Assembly (NCBI GenBank): GCA_951406725.2
Contig: OX597818.1
Location: forward strand, 99,944,001-100,008,000
Length of the DNA: 64,000 bases
DNA from: Octopus vulgaris
Lineage: Eukaryota
Reading direction: 5' to 3'
Part shown: positions 1 through 11,472 of the stretch, one piece after another
Numbering within the stretch: position 1 is the first letter of the stretch
How the letters are laid out: each line of letters starts with the position of its first letter
Program-made: the position numbers and the translations under genes
Notes under the pieces: generated by a model
Databases searched by the model: none
What the model saw: the letters and a program-made list of their open reading frames with translations, nothing else
What the model was told of the DNA's origin: nothing

Positions 1-264
1 TGTATGTACGTATGTGTTATGGCGAGAATCATGACATTCCCTATGAGAATGGACTGGCCGAACTCTTATAAGTAGCAGCGTGTTTGAGAGCGAGAGAAAT
101 TGCAGGAGGTTGAGAGGTGGCGTTCGTGAGTACGTGGAGACGCAGGAAATTGGCTCGTTCAGTGTTATTTTCGATTAGTTACAGTTGGTGACACAGTATT
201 TGGGAATACATCATGTGGAAGACTGTATTAGTATACGACAGTAAAGTGACATATACAGAAACCA

Positions 265-409
265 CGTATGTATGTATGTATGTATGTATGTATGTATGTA
301 TGTATGTATGTATGTATGTATGTATGTATGTATGTGTGTATGTCTGTATGTATGCATGTATGTATGGATGTATGTATGTATGCATGCATGTATGTATGCA
401 TGTATGTAT
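265..409. repeat. (TATG)n microsatellite
   Basis: Direct tandem tatg units with a few variants. Confidence 0.95.
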
Positions 410-464
410 CAGGTAGCTAAAAATATATATCTTCATATATATATATATACACACATACACACAG

Positions 465-756
465 TTTGTTCCTTCTCGAACCATGCCTGTCTCACAGGAC
501 CGGTTTCCCGGTTTCTTTGGCGTATAGGTTCCCCACCTGGACGAGATGCCGGTTCATCGCAGGTGAGCTGCAACATCCAGAAGGAATGAGTGAGAGAAAG
601 TTGTGGCGAAAGAGTCGGCAGAATTTCGCCATTACCTTCTGCCGTAGCCGCGTGGCGTTTTGCTCATAGACACACACACATCACCCGGTCTGAGATTCGA
701 ACTCGGGATCCCTGGACCGCGAGTCCTCTGCTCTAACCACTAGGCCAAATGCCTCC
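465..756 (-). mobile_element. tRNA-derived SINE, family A (octopus OK/OR-like head)
   Basis: The - strand begins GGAGGCATTTGGCCTAGTGGTTAGAGCAGAGGACTCGCGGTCCAGGGATCCCGAGTTCGAATCTCAGACCGGG, with pol III A- and B-box-like motifs. Its body is shared with copies at 17.9, 35.1, 55.1 and 63.5 kb. Confidence 0.85.
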
Positions 757-1321
757 ACACACAAACACGCACACACACACACATACACACACATATACAT
801 TTATATATATATTTATAAATATACATATATATACTCATATACACACGCAAACACACACATATATGTATATATTGCATATTGTTCTGATATTAATAAGATG
901 TTTAAAAGTATAAAAACAAAAGCACTCTGTCAAGTGAGGGATAAATATCATTTAATAAAGATAGGATTCAGATTTAAGCTACTATAAATTTCATGCTCTG
1001 ATAAAACTGTAGTTCGATGAGCTCGTATAGCGTGCCGTATCCTATGCTGTAATCATCGAGGCTCAAAATATAACATGGCTGCTCTCTTAAAAAGACGGAG
1101 AAAAAGGTAGAAAAATGTACTTGAAATAAAGGAAGCGAAAAAGGAAATTATGGAAAACAAATAAATATTAGAGTAAAATATATGCAAAATGGCAAGCATA
1201 AAGCCTAGGTTTAAATATGTTATAATATCATAATTAATATAAATTCAAATTCTCTGTAGTGATTATCATTTCTTAATATGCAGCAGGTTGCGCGTTCGAA
1301 GCTCGCTCAAACCTAATTTCA

Positions 1322-1727
1322 GGCGCAGACACAGCTGTGTGGTTAAGATGCCCGCTTTGTAACCACGTGATTTCCCGTTCAGTTCCGTTACGCAGCGTCA
1401 TGATAAAATTTCTATAATCGCTTGGGACGACCAATGTATTGTGAATGAATTTGGTAGACGAAAGCTGTGTGGAAGCTCGTCATATGTATGTGTCTTTATG
1501 TGTATGTGAGAGTGTGTGTGTTTGTGACTGTTTGTACCTGACCCGTCTACCGCTTGATAACTGGTGTTGGTTTGTTTGCGTTTCAGTGAACGGGTTCGGT
1601 AAAAGAAACTAATGAAACAAGCACCAGACGTAAAAAGACCAAGCACTGGAATCTACTTGTTCGAGTAAACGATTCAAGGTGATGTCCCAGCATGGCAACA
1701 GTCCAATGACCCGAAACAAGTAAAAGA
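1322..1727 (+). mobile_element. tRNA-derived SINE, family B (GGCGCAG..GCTGTGTGGT head, internal TA/TG tract)
   Basis: Diverged copy: head ggcgcagacacagctgtgtggttaag, body tttggtagacgaaagctg, tail cagcatggcaacagtccaatgacccgaaacaagtaaaaga. It matches copies at 11.2, 29.2, 35.0 and 44.0 kb. Confidence 0.8.
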
Positions 1728-2330
1728 ATTAAATATAAATGAGATTTTAGACCGCTAGAGCTAAGATCTTGTTCGGTGCGAAAAGTTTTACTTGAAATAT
1801 TTCAAACAAGCTGCCCTACAGGTGCAACTTTAAACGATAATAAATGACATTTCATTTCTGAATACGGTCTTTGAACGATTATTTCCAAATATCAAACACT
1901 AAACAATGAATTCTGCCGACAAAGACCATGACTAGCGACCTCAGCCGCTGCTTTTTACTGGTTCTATATACACAGAAACATAATAATGCTACTGATGTTA
2001 TATAACAATTCATGCCGAAATTCGCCGTTGTTCAAAAAAATTGGAAATTCAATAATGATTCCAATGTTTATTGAATTATCTGAAAATAATGGTCTGCAGA
2101 AAGTTATACGAGCAGTACTTTTGTCTCGAAAAGTTAGAACATCGTTTTTTCAAGATGCACATCACGATTTTTAACCGGAATGAAACAATTGAAACGATAA
2201 AAAAAAGCAACCAAAAGCGTAGTTATAATAATTATAACAATTAGGATATATTGGCCACAGTATCAACTTTTGCTTCGTTGATTCGTTATTATTATTATCA
2301 ATGATCTCATTTTTTAACCCTATTTATGAA

Positions 2331-2333
2331 AAC

Positions 2334-2369
<36 letters not shown>

Positions 2370-2451
2370 AATCACCACCATCGCCGCTGCAGCTACTACT
2401 ACAGCTGCTACTACTACTACTACTACTACCACACCACCACCACTGCCGCAG

Positions 2452-2512
<61 letters not shown>

Positions 2513-2667
2513 CACCACCATCACCTCCATAACCGGCGCTGCTACTACTACTACCAGCTCAAACACCACCACCGCCGCCCCCACTACTACTTCTGTTACT
2601 ACTACTACTACAAATACTACTACTGCTACTACCACCACTACCACCAACACATCCGCCGCTACTACTG

Positions 2668-2720
<53 letters not shown>
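2331..2720. repeat. (CTA)n/(CAC)n compound trinucleotide microsatellite
   Basis: Tandem cta/cac units; these produce the poly-Thr, poly-Leu and poly-Val ORFs in the track. Confidence 0.95.
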
Positions 2721-3162
2721 GTGATCTTTTTCAATCATCACTACTTATAGAAGATAACTGGACTGCAATGGAATGAGAATCGTCCCATATTTTGATCTGG
2801 CTATTTGTGGAACCTTCTCATAATTTTGTGCGTGGTTGTCCTTATTTGCAATCGTCTTGTGCTTCAAATGTATTGCCGCTCATAAAACATGCACTAAGGT
2901 TCTCGCCACGCTCCTATTTATGATATACATACATGTATAAACATACACATGCACGCATACACGCAGGCACACACACACAGAAATACATACATTTTGGAAC
3001 TCTCTTTTGATTCAACGCGTTTTCAAGGTTGTTTGTGTGGACTCTTTTGTACAATAAGGAATTCTGGTTTAGATGATGAATGATGATAAAGATGAGATTG
3101 ATGTAACAATAATGATGATGAGAATGATGATGGTGATGCGATGACGATGATGAGGGTGAGGA

Positions 3163-3195
<33 letters not shown>

Positions 3196-3827
3196 CTAAA
3201 TGAGTGTCATCATTACTAGCATAATTAGTTTTGTTCATAATGTCTCGGTCTTTCTTTCATTGCAAAAAGAAAAAGAAAAACAACAAAACCCCCACAAATA
3301 CATAATACCGCCATTAGTTCTTTTATTTCATGCTAACAACAGACTAATTTCAAACATTTGCGGTGTTTTCTTCATTTCGTTCCCAAAATAGTTCGAGTAC
3401 AATATTGGAATTCATTTTAAGAAAGGCATGCGATTAAAGCGTTCAGAATGATTTCTTCGTCAGCCCAATAAGCAGGAAATTACCAGAACAGAGTTATCTA
3501 TAGAATATGATGGACCAATTCGAAGAAGTCCAAGATAAAAATGAGCATCGAACGATACTAATTACATTCTGATTAGCATTCACAGAACTAGCAAATCGTG
3601 TTTTTTTCATTACATTTCAACATGATTAACATTTACGAACCAGCTATATACCGTTCTCTCTCAATCAATGCGTATATGCAAAATTGTATGCAGAAGACAG
3701 CCGTAATCAATATTTAATTATCGCACATAACTGATGTATAAATAGAGTCAATTGCTTGATTAATTTTCTAATCGATAATAGTTCATCCATCAATGAGTGA
3801 CCAACCCTTTTATTATCAGGATTGCAC

Positions 3828-4080
3828 CTTATACATCTTGGAAGATTTGATTTTAGTCACCACAGAATAGTCTAGACTGCTGCTAGCCACGTTCAAACTA
3901 GTTGCTAAATCTTCCTTAGACAGCACCTTGATGTTTTCAATAATGCTGGATGCATTGTATCGTAAAATCCATCTTATTGCGAAAAAGACGACACGGTCAT
4001 GGCTGGATTGTACATAATCATAATTCCTCTCCATCAGAACTCTGACTTCGGAGTAGAGAAAAACATGAGTCACATGTTTT
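3828..4080 (-). CDS. possible protein-coding exon of an unidentified host gene (weak)
   Basis: On the - strand: acceptor ttctccatttcag, 253 nt open as KHVTHVFLYSEVRVLMERNYDYVQSSHDRVVFFAIRWILRYNASSIIENIKVLSKEDLATSLNVASSSLDYSVVTKIKSSKMYK, then AAG|gtgcaa (weak donor). The sequence is non-repetitive; no homology confirmed. Confidence 0.25.
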
Positions 4081-5509
4081 CTGAAATGGAGAATTAATCA
4101 GTAGATCAATAAGTTCTTCGTAATGCATATTATGAATACAGAATGTTTTGTTGCATCAACTGACGTTCTTATTTGAAATGTCTCGACTAATACAATTAGC
4201 TATTTAATCATATACACACACATACATATATACACACATGCATATAATAAATATACATATGTGTCTGTCCAATCTTTTTAATGATTTAGCCTTGAACATG
4301 GTATAAAGAAATGAATCATTCATCCGTGAGTATGTTATATCTCTTCATACTTTTTACTAACTGTAAAGCGTTTTAAGCCCACGCAAGTAATACTTTGGTT
4401 GTTGACACACGGAAAAAGAGGTATTAAATCGCTGATATTTTAAACTTGTTTAATGACACAAAGTAGAGACTAGTAAGTGCAATAAATCAAGCATGTTTCG
4501 CAAATATAGAGAAGAGGTTTATGTGTATTACAGCGATGCAGAAAACATGATCCCAGATGATAGATTTACTGTATTCAGTAAAACATATGAGTAAGTAGCA
4601 GCGCTAGATATTTCATATTATTTTACTTCAATCTCAACAAGCAAAATCAAATAAAGAGATGGCTTCTATTCAGTTTAGTTTAACTCCAGTTTATTCCTTA
4701 ATATTGCAACCATTAAACATGCCTTGCGATATTAACGTTCTTTAGAATTAAAATAATATTCCATTTTCTAATTTCCCTTTCCTCTAATAAAATGTTTGAT
4801 TATACACCTGTGTGAGAAGCAATTATTGCAGGGGCTCTCACACGATAGGTTTATAATATTCTCTTAGAATATGGCATTTTATAAATTGAATGGAAGACTA
4901 ATCGACAACATAAAAGGCATAAAGCTATAAAGTAAAGAATTCAATTGGCCTCAGAGGTTTCCATACATTTATTAAAAGAGAAAAGGATCTTTATTTCTGC
5001 CACTCTTCGGGATCAGTACAAGATAATCTAGATATATGGGTACTTTAATCAGTGAAACAGTATCTCACAATAACTTGATGTCATAAATTTAGAATGAAAT
5101 AATAACCTACAAAATATCTCACGAGGAAAGAAAATTGTGTGTTTATTTTTTTTTCTTTCTGTCATGTAACACTATCAGGACTGAAAATTCAACGCATTTA
5201 GCTGTTTTTTTTAATATGAGGAGAATGAAAAATCCGGGTTTATGGATTGCTGCTTGTGGTATAGTTGCAACTAATGATGATCCAAGTTGTATTTACATTG
5301 AAAGCAATGTAACAAATCGGCAGAAGCGTTATAGCATCGGAGAGTAATACTAGCTGTATTTATTACGGATTTTCTTCTTTCAAAATCGTTAAATGTTGAA
5401 CGGATATAGTGTTGAAAAACATTCTCATTCTCGTTTTATGCCTCTCTTTTTGCATAGATTATACACGTGATTTCAAAGTCCACTCATGTTGCACTGTGAG
5501 GCTTATTTG

Positions 5510-5967
5510 GACTTAATCCGTTTGTCTGTACTTGTTTGTCCTCTCTGTGTTTAGCCCCTTGTGGGTAGTAAAGAAATAGGTATTTCGTCTGCCGATACGT
5601 TCTGAGTTCAAAATCCGCCGAGGTCGACTTTGCCTTTCATCCTTTCGGGGTCGATAAATTAAGTACCAGTTACGCACTGGGGTCGATGTAATCGACTTAA
5701 TCCGTTTGTCTGTCCTTGTTCGTCCCCTCTATGTTTAGCCCCTTGTCGGCAATAAAGAAATAAGAACCCTTAGCACGCGGGACAAAATGTTTTGCAGCAT
5801 ATCGTCCATCTGTATGTTGTGAGTTCAAATGACGAGATAGTCAACTTTGGTTTTCATTCTGTTGGCGTTGATAAAATAAAACCCAGTTTAGCTCGAGGGC
5901 GTGGGTGATTTAAGCAACTTACCCAAACCTCGGAATTGCTGGCCTCGCGAAAGAAATTTGAAACCAA
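5510..5967 (+). mobile_element. SINE family C (Deu/Nin-domain-like core), tandem or rearranged composite
   Basis: Core gttctgagttcaaaatccgccgaggtcgactttgcctttcatcctttcggggtcgataaattaagtaccag. The tail gacttaatccgtttgtctgt..cttgtgggtagtaaagaaatag occurs twice (5510-5579, 5695-5763), followed by a second diverged core. Confidence 0.8.
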
Positions 5968-6496
5968 TTTGACTGGCTGGCAGCGTTGACTGAAATTCCA
6001 TTTTAATAATAGCTTCTCTATTTATTACCATCCCCGCTCCTATTTATGATGACACTAATCATTCAGATTTTGAAGAGAGCTTCAATAAAATCGAGCTAAT
6101 CATACCTTTGAAATGTTAACGATATATTTAAATATTTAATTATTTTACAGTTTTTCGAAATGAACAGAAAATTTTCACAAAAGAAATGCGACAGAAGCAC
6201 AGATGCGGTTCGCTATTAAATGAAAAGAAATGGGGAAAGGGAGTGGTTTAAATTATTATTGAAAATATTGCTCTACGTTTATGAAAAATGATGTGCGTAT
6301 GAGAACAACTGTTGCGTATATATTGAAAAATCTATTGTATAATTTAATTGGAAATATTCGACAGTTATATTCTTACAACATAATGAAGTATCTTTTAAAT
6401 GTCTTCCTGCGACTCTTTCAGTGGCGTTTTGAGCAAAACTTGTGTTGGTTATAAATTGAGTTCTTAACCATTTCAGTTTTCCACACTCTTTTATTA

Positions 6497-6536
6497 GTGG
6501 AGGTACACGGCCTAGTGGTTAGAGCAGCGGACTCGC
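6497..6536 (+). mobile_element. SINE family A head fragment
   Basis: gtggaggtacacggcctagtggttagagcagcggactcgc matches the family A 5' end. Confidence 0.7.
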
Positions 6537-6614
6537 TGGCCAGATAGCCGGAGAGATGGTGTTGTGGATTTCTACTCAGAATTTTATCTTGGCTATTGAA
6601 TAATTGTCACATAT

Positions 6615-6647
<33 letters not shown>

Positions 6648-6651
<4 letters not shown>

Positions 6652-6840
6652 ATCCAAACATGAAAACACAAAGAGAAAACACAACAACACGGAGACGTGG
6701 AACAAGTATAGTGTTATTGGACGCTCAGGAAGGAAGGAAAGAAGGAGGGTTTTACGTTTCGAGCGGAGCTCTTCGTCAGAAACATAGGGAAAGGAAAGAT
6801 CCAGAGAAGGGAAGACGGAGGAAAAAAATTGCCAACGGTA
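6648..6840 (-). mobile_element. short Penelope-like pLTR remnant between (TA)n and (CA)n tracts
   Basis: About 190 bp, pyrimidine-rich on the - strand, carrying a minimal hammerhead. A similar architecture occurs at 42990-43170. Confidence 0.65.
6749..6783 (-). ncRNA. minimal type I hammerhead ribozyme
   Basis: The - strand reads GUUU CUGACGA A GAGC UCC GCUC GAAAC GUA AAAC. Stem I is GUUU/AAAC, stem II is GAGC/GCUC, stem III is the palindrome ACGU, and the cleavage triplet is GUA. Confidence 0.85.
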
Positions 6841-6861
6841 CACACACACACACACATATAT

Positions 6862-6976
<115 letters not shown>

Positions 6977-7043
6977 TCGAGGTGAGTACTTGATAATTAT
7001 AAGCACCTGTGTATACCGTTTGGTGGTGTAGGTGGTGGAGTAA

Positions 7044-7519
7044 ATTGATCAAAATAAAATAAAAACATGATGCGAAGGATTCAGCGGTACATATGTTTCG
7101 GGCCTTTATTAGACAGATTTATAACAATGCATAATGTATGTCTGTGGCCTTCTTCAGCCGCGCACAACAGCTTCCACAAGGACATGTGTTACATCAAAAA
7201 TTCTTGGTTGGGGATGCAAATCCTCTCATTCGCGTACGACATAATGCGGCAGCAGCATAGAATTGAAGCGTCCATCTCTTTCTTCTCTCAATGTAGAATG
7301 AGGAAAATTGGATGTTGAGGTAATGTGAATAAATAAATACGTATATAGAGGTGAAGATGGAGGGGCGAGAATTCGGGACGAGGGATAGAAAATGTATAAA
7401 ATGTGTAAGTATAGAAAAATATAAAAATGTAGAGCATAAAGATATAAAGAGTTATAAGGAGATGTAAAGGGGGGTATAAAGAAAATAAAGGAATATAAAG
7501 AAATATAAATAAATATAAA
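7044..7519 (-). repeat. pLTR, 3' copy (sense to the ORF)
   Basis: Reverse complement of 10312-10767, differing by a handful of substitutions and a 21-nt insertion (7471-7491). The ORF track gives identical 83-aa translations at 7067-7318 (+) and 10493-10744 (-). Confidence 0.95.
7084..7161 (-). ncRNA. type I hammerhead ribozyme in the 3' pLTR
   Basis: The - strand reads GCGG CUGAAGA A GGCC [long loop] GGCC C GAAAC AUAU GUA CCGC. Stem I is GCGG/CCGC, stem II is GGCC/GGCC, and stem III is the palindrome ACAUAUGU. Confidence 0.85.
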
Positions 7520-8903
7520 GGCATAAGGTTATAAAGTAAAAATAGAAATAGAAATAAAAGTAAAAAAACATGATAAAAACATGATAAAAGTGTAAAAGAA
7601 AGTAAAGATAAGGGATGTATAGAGGTTACGGACCAAGCATGGTGGTCAGGAGATTGATAAAATTTAGTTGTAGAATTGTCAGTAAATCAACAGTTTCGTC
7701 TGGGGACCTAATGTGTTGTAAATCAGAGCTGATGAGCATTTAATCAGGTTCCTTGAATTAAATGGACTTCTAGTACATACATATCATCATGGATACATAC
7801 ACCCACATACACGCGTGCATATACGCCTCCAAGCCTATAAGCATACACACGCACTCGCGTGTAAACATGTACATAAACACACACGCACCCACACGCACGC
7901 GCGTACACATACATACATACAACAGAATATCCGCATGTATACACGGACACTATACGCGTACACACTCACATGTACATACGCGCGCCCATCGCTACATACA
8001 CACACGTATATGCCCACGCCCCTAGGTCTAGGTATAAGATATTAAAGGATGTATATAAGAACGTATGTAAAAAATCACGTACTCATGTCTATACGTGCAC
8101 GCACACACGGCTGTGTGTCCGTATGTGCGTGCACATATACACTCACATACACACACAGAGACACACGCGCATATGGGTATAGCTATAAGATATCGAAGTA
8201 TGCATGTACACATATGCGCGTGCATATGTATGTATGCGTATACACACGTACGCGGACGCTCGTATAGTCAAAAAGTGGATCCATAGGTAAGTAAATAAAC
8301 ATATATAGAGGTGTAAAGCGATAAGTTAGGGGTAAGAACGAGGGTAAGGGTAAAAATTAGAAATAAAAAATACAGTATAAAATAAGAAATACAATGTAAT
8401 AGTTAGAAATGAAATATAAGAATTATAAAAATTATAATAGTTAAGGTAAGGGATGAAAATAAAAATGAGAATAAATGGAAGTAGAATAAAAGTAAAAATA
8501 AAAATAAATGGAAGTAGGATAAAAGTAAAAATAAAAATAAAAGTAAAAATAAAAATAAAATAAAATAAGATAAAAATATAATTTGGTAAAGTTTAACATG
8601 AGATGAAGGTGGTTGAAAGTTAGAGGTGTGTGTTAAACGTAGGGGCGGGCGGGGGGAACTGAAAATTGGAAGGGTGGGAAGTGGAGTTTGGCGGTGTGCG
8701 TTCAACATCCGAGTTAGAAATGTGAAAGGGTATAGATATAGGGAATTAAAGAGACTATATAGGGAGGATATGGGTGTAGGAGAAGAAATATTTAGGGAAA
8801 AGAAGTCATATATGGGAGACAAAATTTGTATATATAGGAGGAAAATGCAGGGAACCGTATATGCACATACACACACCCACACACACACACACACACGCAC
8901 ATG

Positions 8904-8936
<33 letters not shown>

Positions 8937-9069
8937 GTACACGTATGTGCGCATACACACACATACACACACATACACATATACACGCACATATAGGAAA
9001 GCGGGATGTGCTGGAGCCGACAGGTTGCACCGAGTGGGAGGAAATTGCATGGGGGAGTTGGTATAAGAC

Positions 9070-10311
9070 CTAAGCTTTGTAGTATTTGAAAGTATTAATA
9101 AGTTTATGTATACAGGATGGTTTGAACTCTGACCTTTTGTTAATAAGATTGTGTTTGTCTTTGAATTTCAAGATGTTCAGGAGTTCTACACAACATAGTT
9201 GGCATCCTGCTCTGTTATTTAAATAAGGTGCAGCTGATCCGATGATGGACCATCTGAGTTTGAAGCCTATGCATTTGTCTTTTAATTCCCAAATTCTTTT
9301 AGAGAGGGAGGTGCTGTTAGCCTTATGTCTGTGTCTCAGCGAGGACCGGTGGTTGTAGTATCTGGATTTCCAGGGGGCTGAGCAACCAATATAGGTGAGT
9401 GTGTTAAACTGAGTACTCACCTCACATGAGTATATTACGTTTTTCGCCCTACATGCGCCCTGCAGCGGGCCCTCTGATGCACATCTGCAGTTGCATTGCA
9501 TTGCATTATTCGGTCGTGTGCTGCTAATCCCAGGCGGAGGTGTTGCAATACGAGTGGGGGCGTTGGTATCCTCCTGGTTGTTGATGGGTGTAGTATTTCC
9601 TCTGTTGTGTTGGCGGGTGTTATTACTAACTGTTTGGGTAGTATGGCTGCCAGTCTGGTTATATTGTCTACTGTCTAGATGAGGGGGGTTCTGTTGGTCG
9701 CTATGGTTTGCTCTTGATCTAGCTGTTCTAATATTAATATAGTTATGTTTAGCTATGAGGCAGCTCATGTTGGGCAGGGTAGAGTAGGAAATCCTAATAG
9801 TTTTGTTGGAGAAGATACTTCTATACTTGTGGGTGGGTGGGAAGTTGTTGGAAATTATAGAGAATATTCTCTTACATAACTTACCCCTAACTGCTAAGTT
9901 GTAAGGTATGTTGAACCATATATATTTGCGTAATCTACTATTATCCCTTCTATTTCTCCTAATAGGATCTATATTGCTCTCGTCGGGAGGGTTACTATTG
10001 TGTGCTATTCTATTATTTCGCCTATTTCCTATACGTTGTTTGGAGTTTAAATTAGAATTATCGCTAGTGTGAGTTGAGTGCTGAGTTCGATTATAATTGG
10101 GAGTCTTATGGCCGACGGACGCTCCCGGGTGGTCTACATATGATATTCTCTGGTTATACCCGGCACTATAGAGAGCCTGGTTGTAGTGTTGTGCATGATT
10201 ATTGAAAATTTCTCTATTAGAGGATAGTTTTGTCAGTCTGTCTGAGATGGCTTGGACCGTGGTGCTAATTATACAGGGTGGATGGTTGGAAGAGGTATGG
10301 TTGGAAGAGGT
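9070..10311 (-). CDS. 5'-truncated Penelope-like (Naiad-type) polyprotein: RT thumb, linker and C-terminal GIY-YIG endonuclease
   Basis: Manual translation keeps the frame open upstream of the track's Met: SNHPPCII..AISDRLTKLSSNREIF..YNQALYSAGY..RKYIWFNIPY..NNFPPTHKYRSIFSNKTIRISYSTLPNM..CNCR..PLQGAC..VIY..TYIG..WKSRYYNH..TSLSKRIWELK..CQLC..NKRSE..CIH. No start codon; truncated at the inverted pLTR. Confidence 0.9.
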   Translation of the reverse strand, partial: TSSNHTSSNHPPCIISTTVQAISDRLTKLSSNREIFNNHAQHYNQALYSAGYNQRISYVDHPGASVGHKTPNYNRTQHSTHTSDNSNLNSKQRIGNRRNNRIAHNSNPPDESNIDPIRRNRRDNSRLRKYIWFNIPYNLAVRGKLCKRIFSIISNNFPPTHKYRSIFSNKTIRISYSTLPNMSCLIAKHNYINIRTARSRANHSDQQNPPHLDSRQYNQTGSHTTQTVSNNTRQHNRGNTTPINNQEDTNAPTRIATPPPGISSTRPNNAMQCNCRCASEGPLQGACRAKNVIYSCEVSTQFNTLTYIGCSAPWKSRYYNHRSSLRHRHKANSTSLSKRIWELKDKCIGFKLRWSIIGSAAPYLNNRAGCQLCCVELLNILKFKDKHNLINKRSEFKPSCIHKLINTFKYYKA

Positions 10312-10767
10312 ATTTACATTTATTTATATTTCTTTATATTCCTTTACATCTCCTTATAACTCTTTATATCTTTATTCTCTACATTTTTATATTTTTCTAT
10401 ACTTACACTTTTTATACATTTTCTATCCCTCGTCCCGAATTCTCGCCCCTCCATCTTCACCTCTATATACGTATTTATTTATTCACATTACCTCAACATC
10501 CAATTTTCCTCATTCTACATTGAGAGAAGAAAGAGATGGACGCTTCAATTCTATGCTGCTGCCGCATTATGTCGTACGCGAATGAGAGGATTTGCATCCC
10601 CAACCAAGAATTTTTGATGTAACACATGTCCTTGTGGAAGCTGTTGTGCGCGGCTGAAGAAGGCCACAGACATACATTATGCATTGTTATAAATCTGTCT
10701 AAAAGAGGCCCGAAACATATGTACCGCTGAATCCTTCGCATCATGTTTTTATTTTATTTTGATCAAT
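10312..10767 (+). repeat. inverted pLTR at the 5' truncation point
   Basis: Reverse complement of 7044-7519; ends gatcaat directly into (TA)n. Confidence 0.95.
10650..10727 (+). ncRNA. type I hammerhead ribozyme in the inverted pLTR
   Basis: gcgg ctgaaga a ggcc ... ggcc c gaaac atat gta ccgc. Predicted cleavage is after GUA at 10723. Confidence 0.85.
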
Positions 10768-11200
10768 ATATATATATATATAAGTATGTTTTCCTTATCT
10801 CAGTATGTTGTTGAAATTTGTGAGACTAATGGAAACGTGAAACAAGACTAGATATATTTATATCTTAAACAAAACACACTTCCAATAAAATGATGTACTA
10901 TTTCTATACTGCCTTGCGGGATGTTGAATAGTTTTAAATATAGAGGTATAATAAATCAAATTATGTCTTTAGTGAATGTCAACAATGTAAAGATGTTATT
11001 CCTCACTTACTACAATTCATCTCTAAAAATTAAATTGCACTGGTCATGCAAATCAATGTAGTCAAATAGCTTTTAGCAAAAACAAAAATAAGTAAGACAA
11101 CGGAAAGTAAATATCTGACCGTTTGCTATCTTCAGGCGCTTTGGCACTTTGTGGGCATCGGATTTTATGAATAATATACTATGCTTATATTTTGTTATTT

Positions 11201-11420
11201 TTTGCTTGTTTCAGTCAATTCAATGCGGCTATGTAAGAGCACCGCCTCAATAGATTGTTATTCACATAATTCGACTCAAATAGTTATTCTTTGTAAGCCT
11301 AGTACTTAATATATCGGTACACTTTGCCGAACCGGAAAGTTTCGGGATCGTGAAAACAGTAACGTTCTTTAACAAGCCGCAGTGGGTGACAAACACAGAC
11401 ACAAGGAGGCCCCCCCCACA

Positions 11421-11472
<52 letters not shown>

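Noticed and set aside
2301-2750. Mucin-like poly-Thr ORF
   Set aside because: It is a (CTA)n/(CAC)n microsatellite, open in several frames on both strands.
7067-7318. 83-aa ORF present twice (also 10493-10744)
   Set aside because: The identity reflects the pLTR duplication; the ORF runs antisense across the ribozyme and has no recognisable motif.
7690-7790. CTGATGA plus hairpin (catttaat/attaaatg) and an antisense GACGAAAC in the PLE 3' region; possible extra hammerhead or SECIS
   Set aside because: The core halves are on opposite strands and stem I cannot be formed. No AUGA/GA quartet with a paired helix was found. It still merits a SECISearch/Infernal run.
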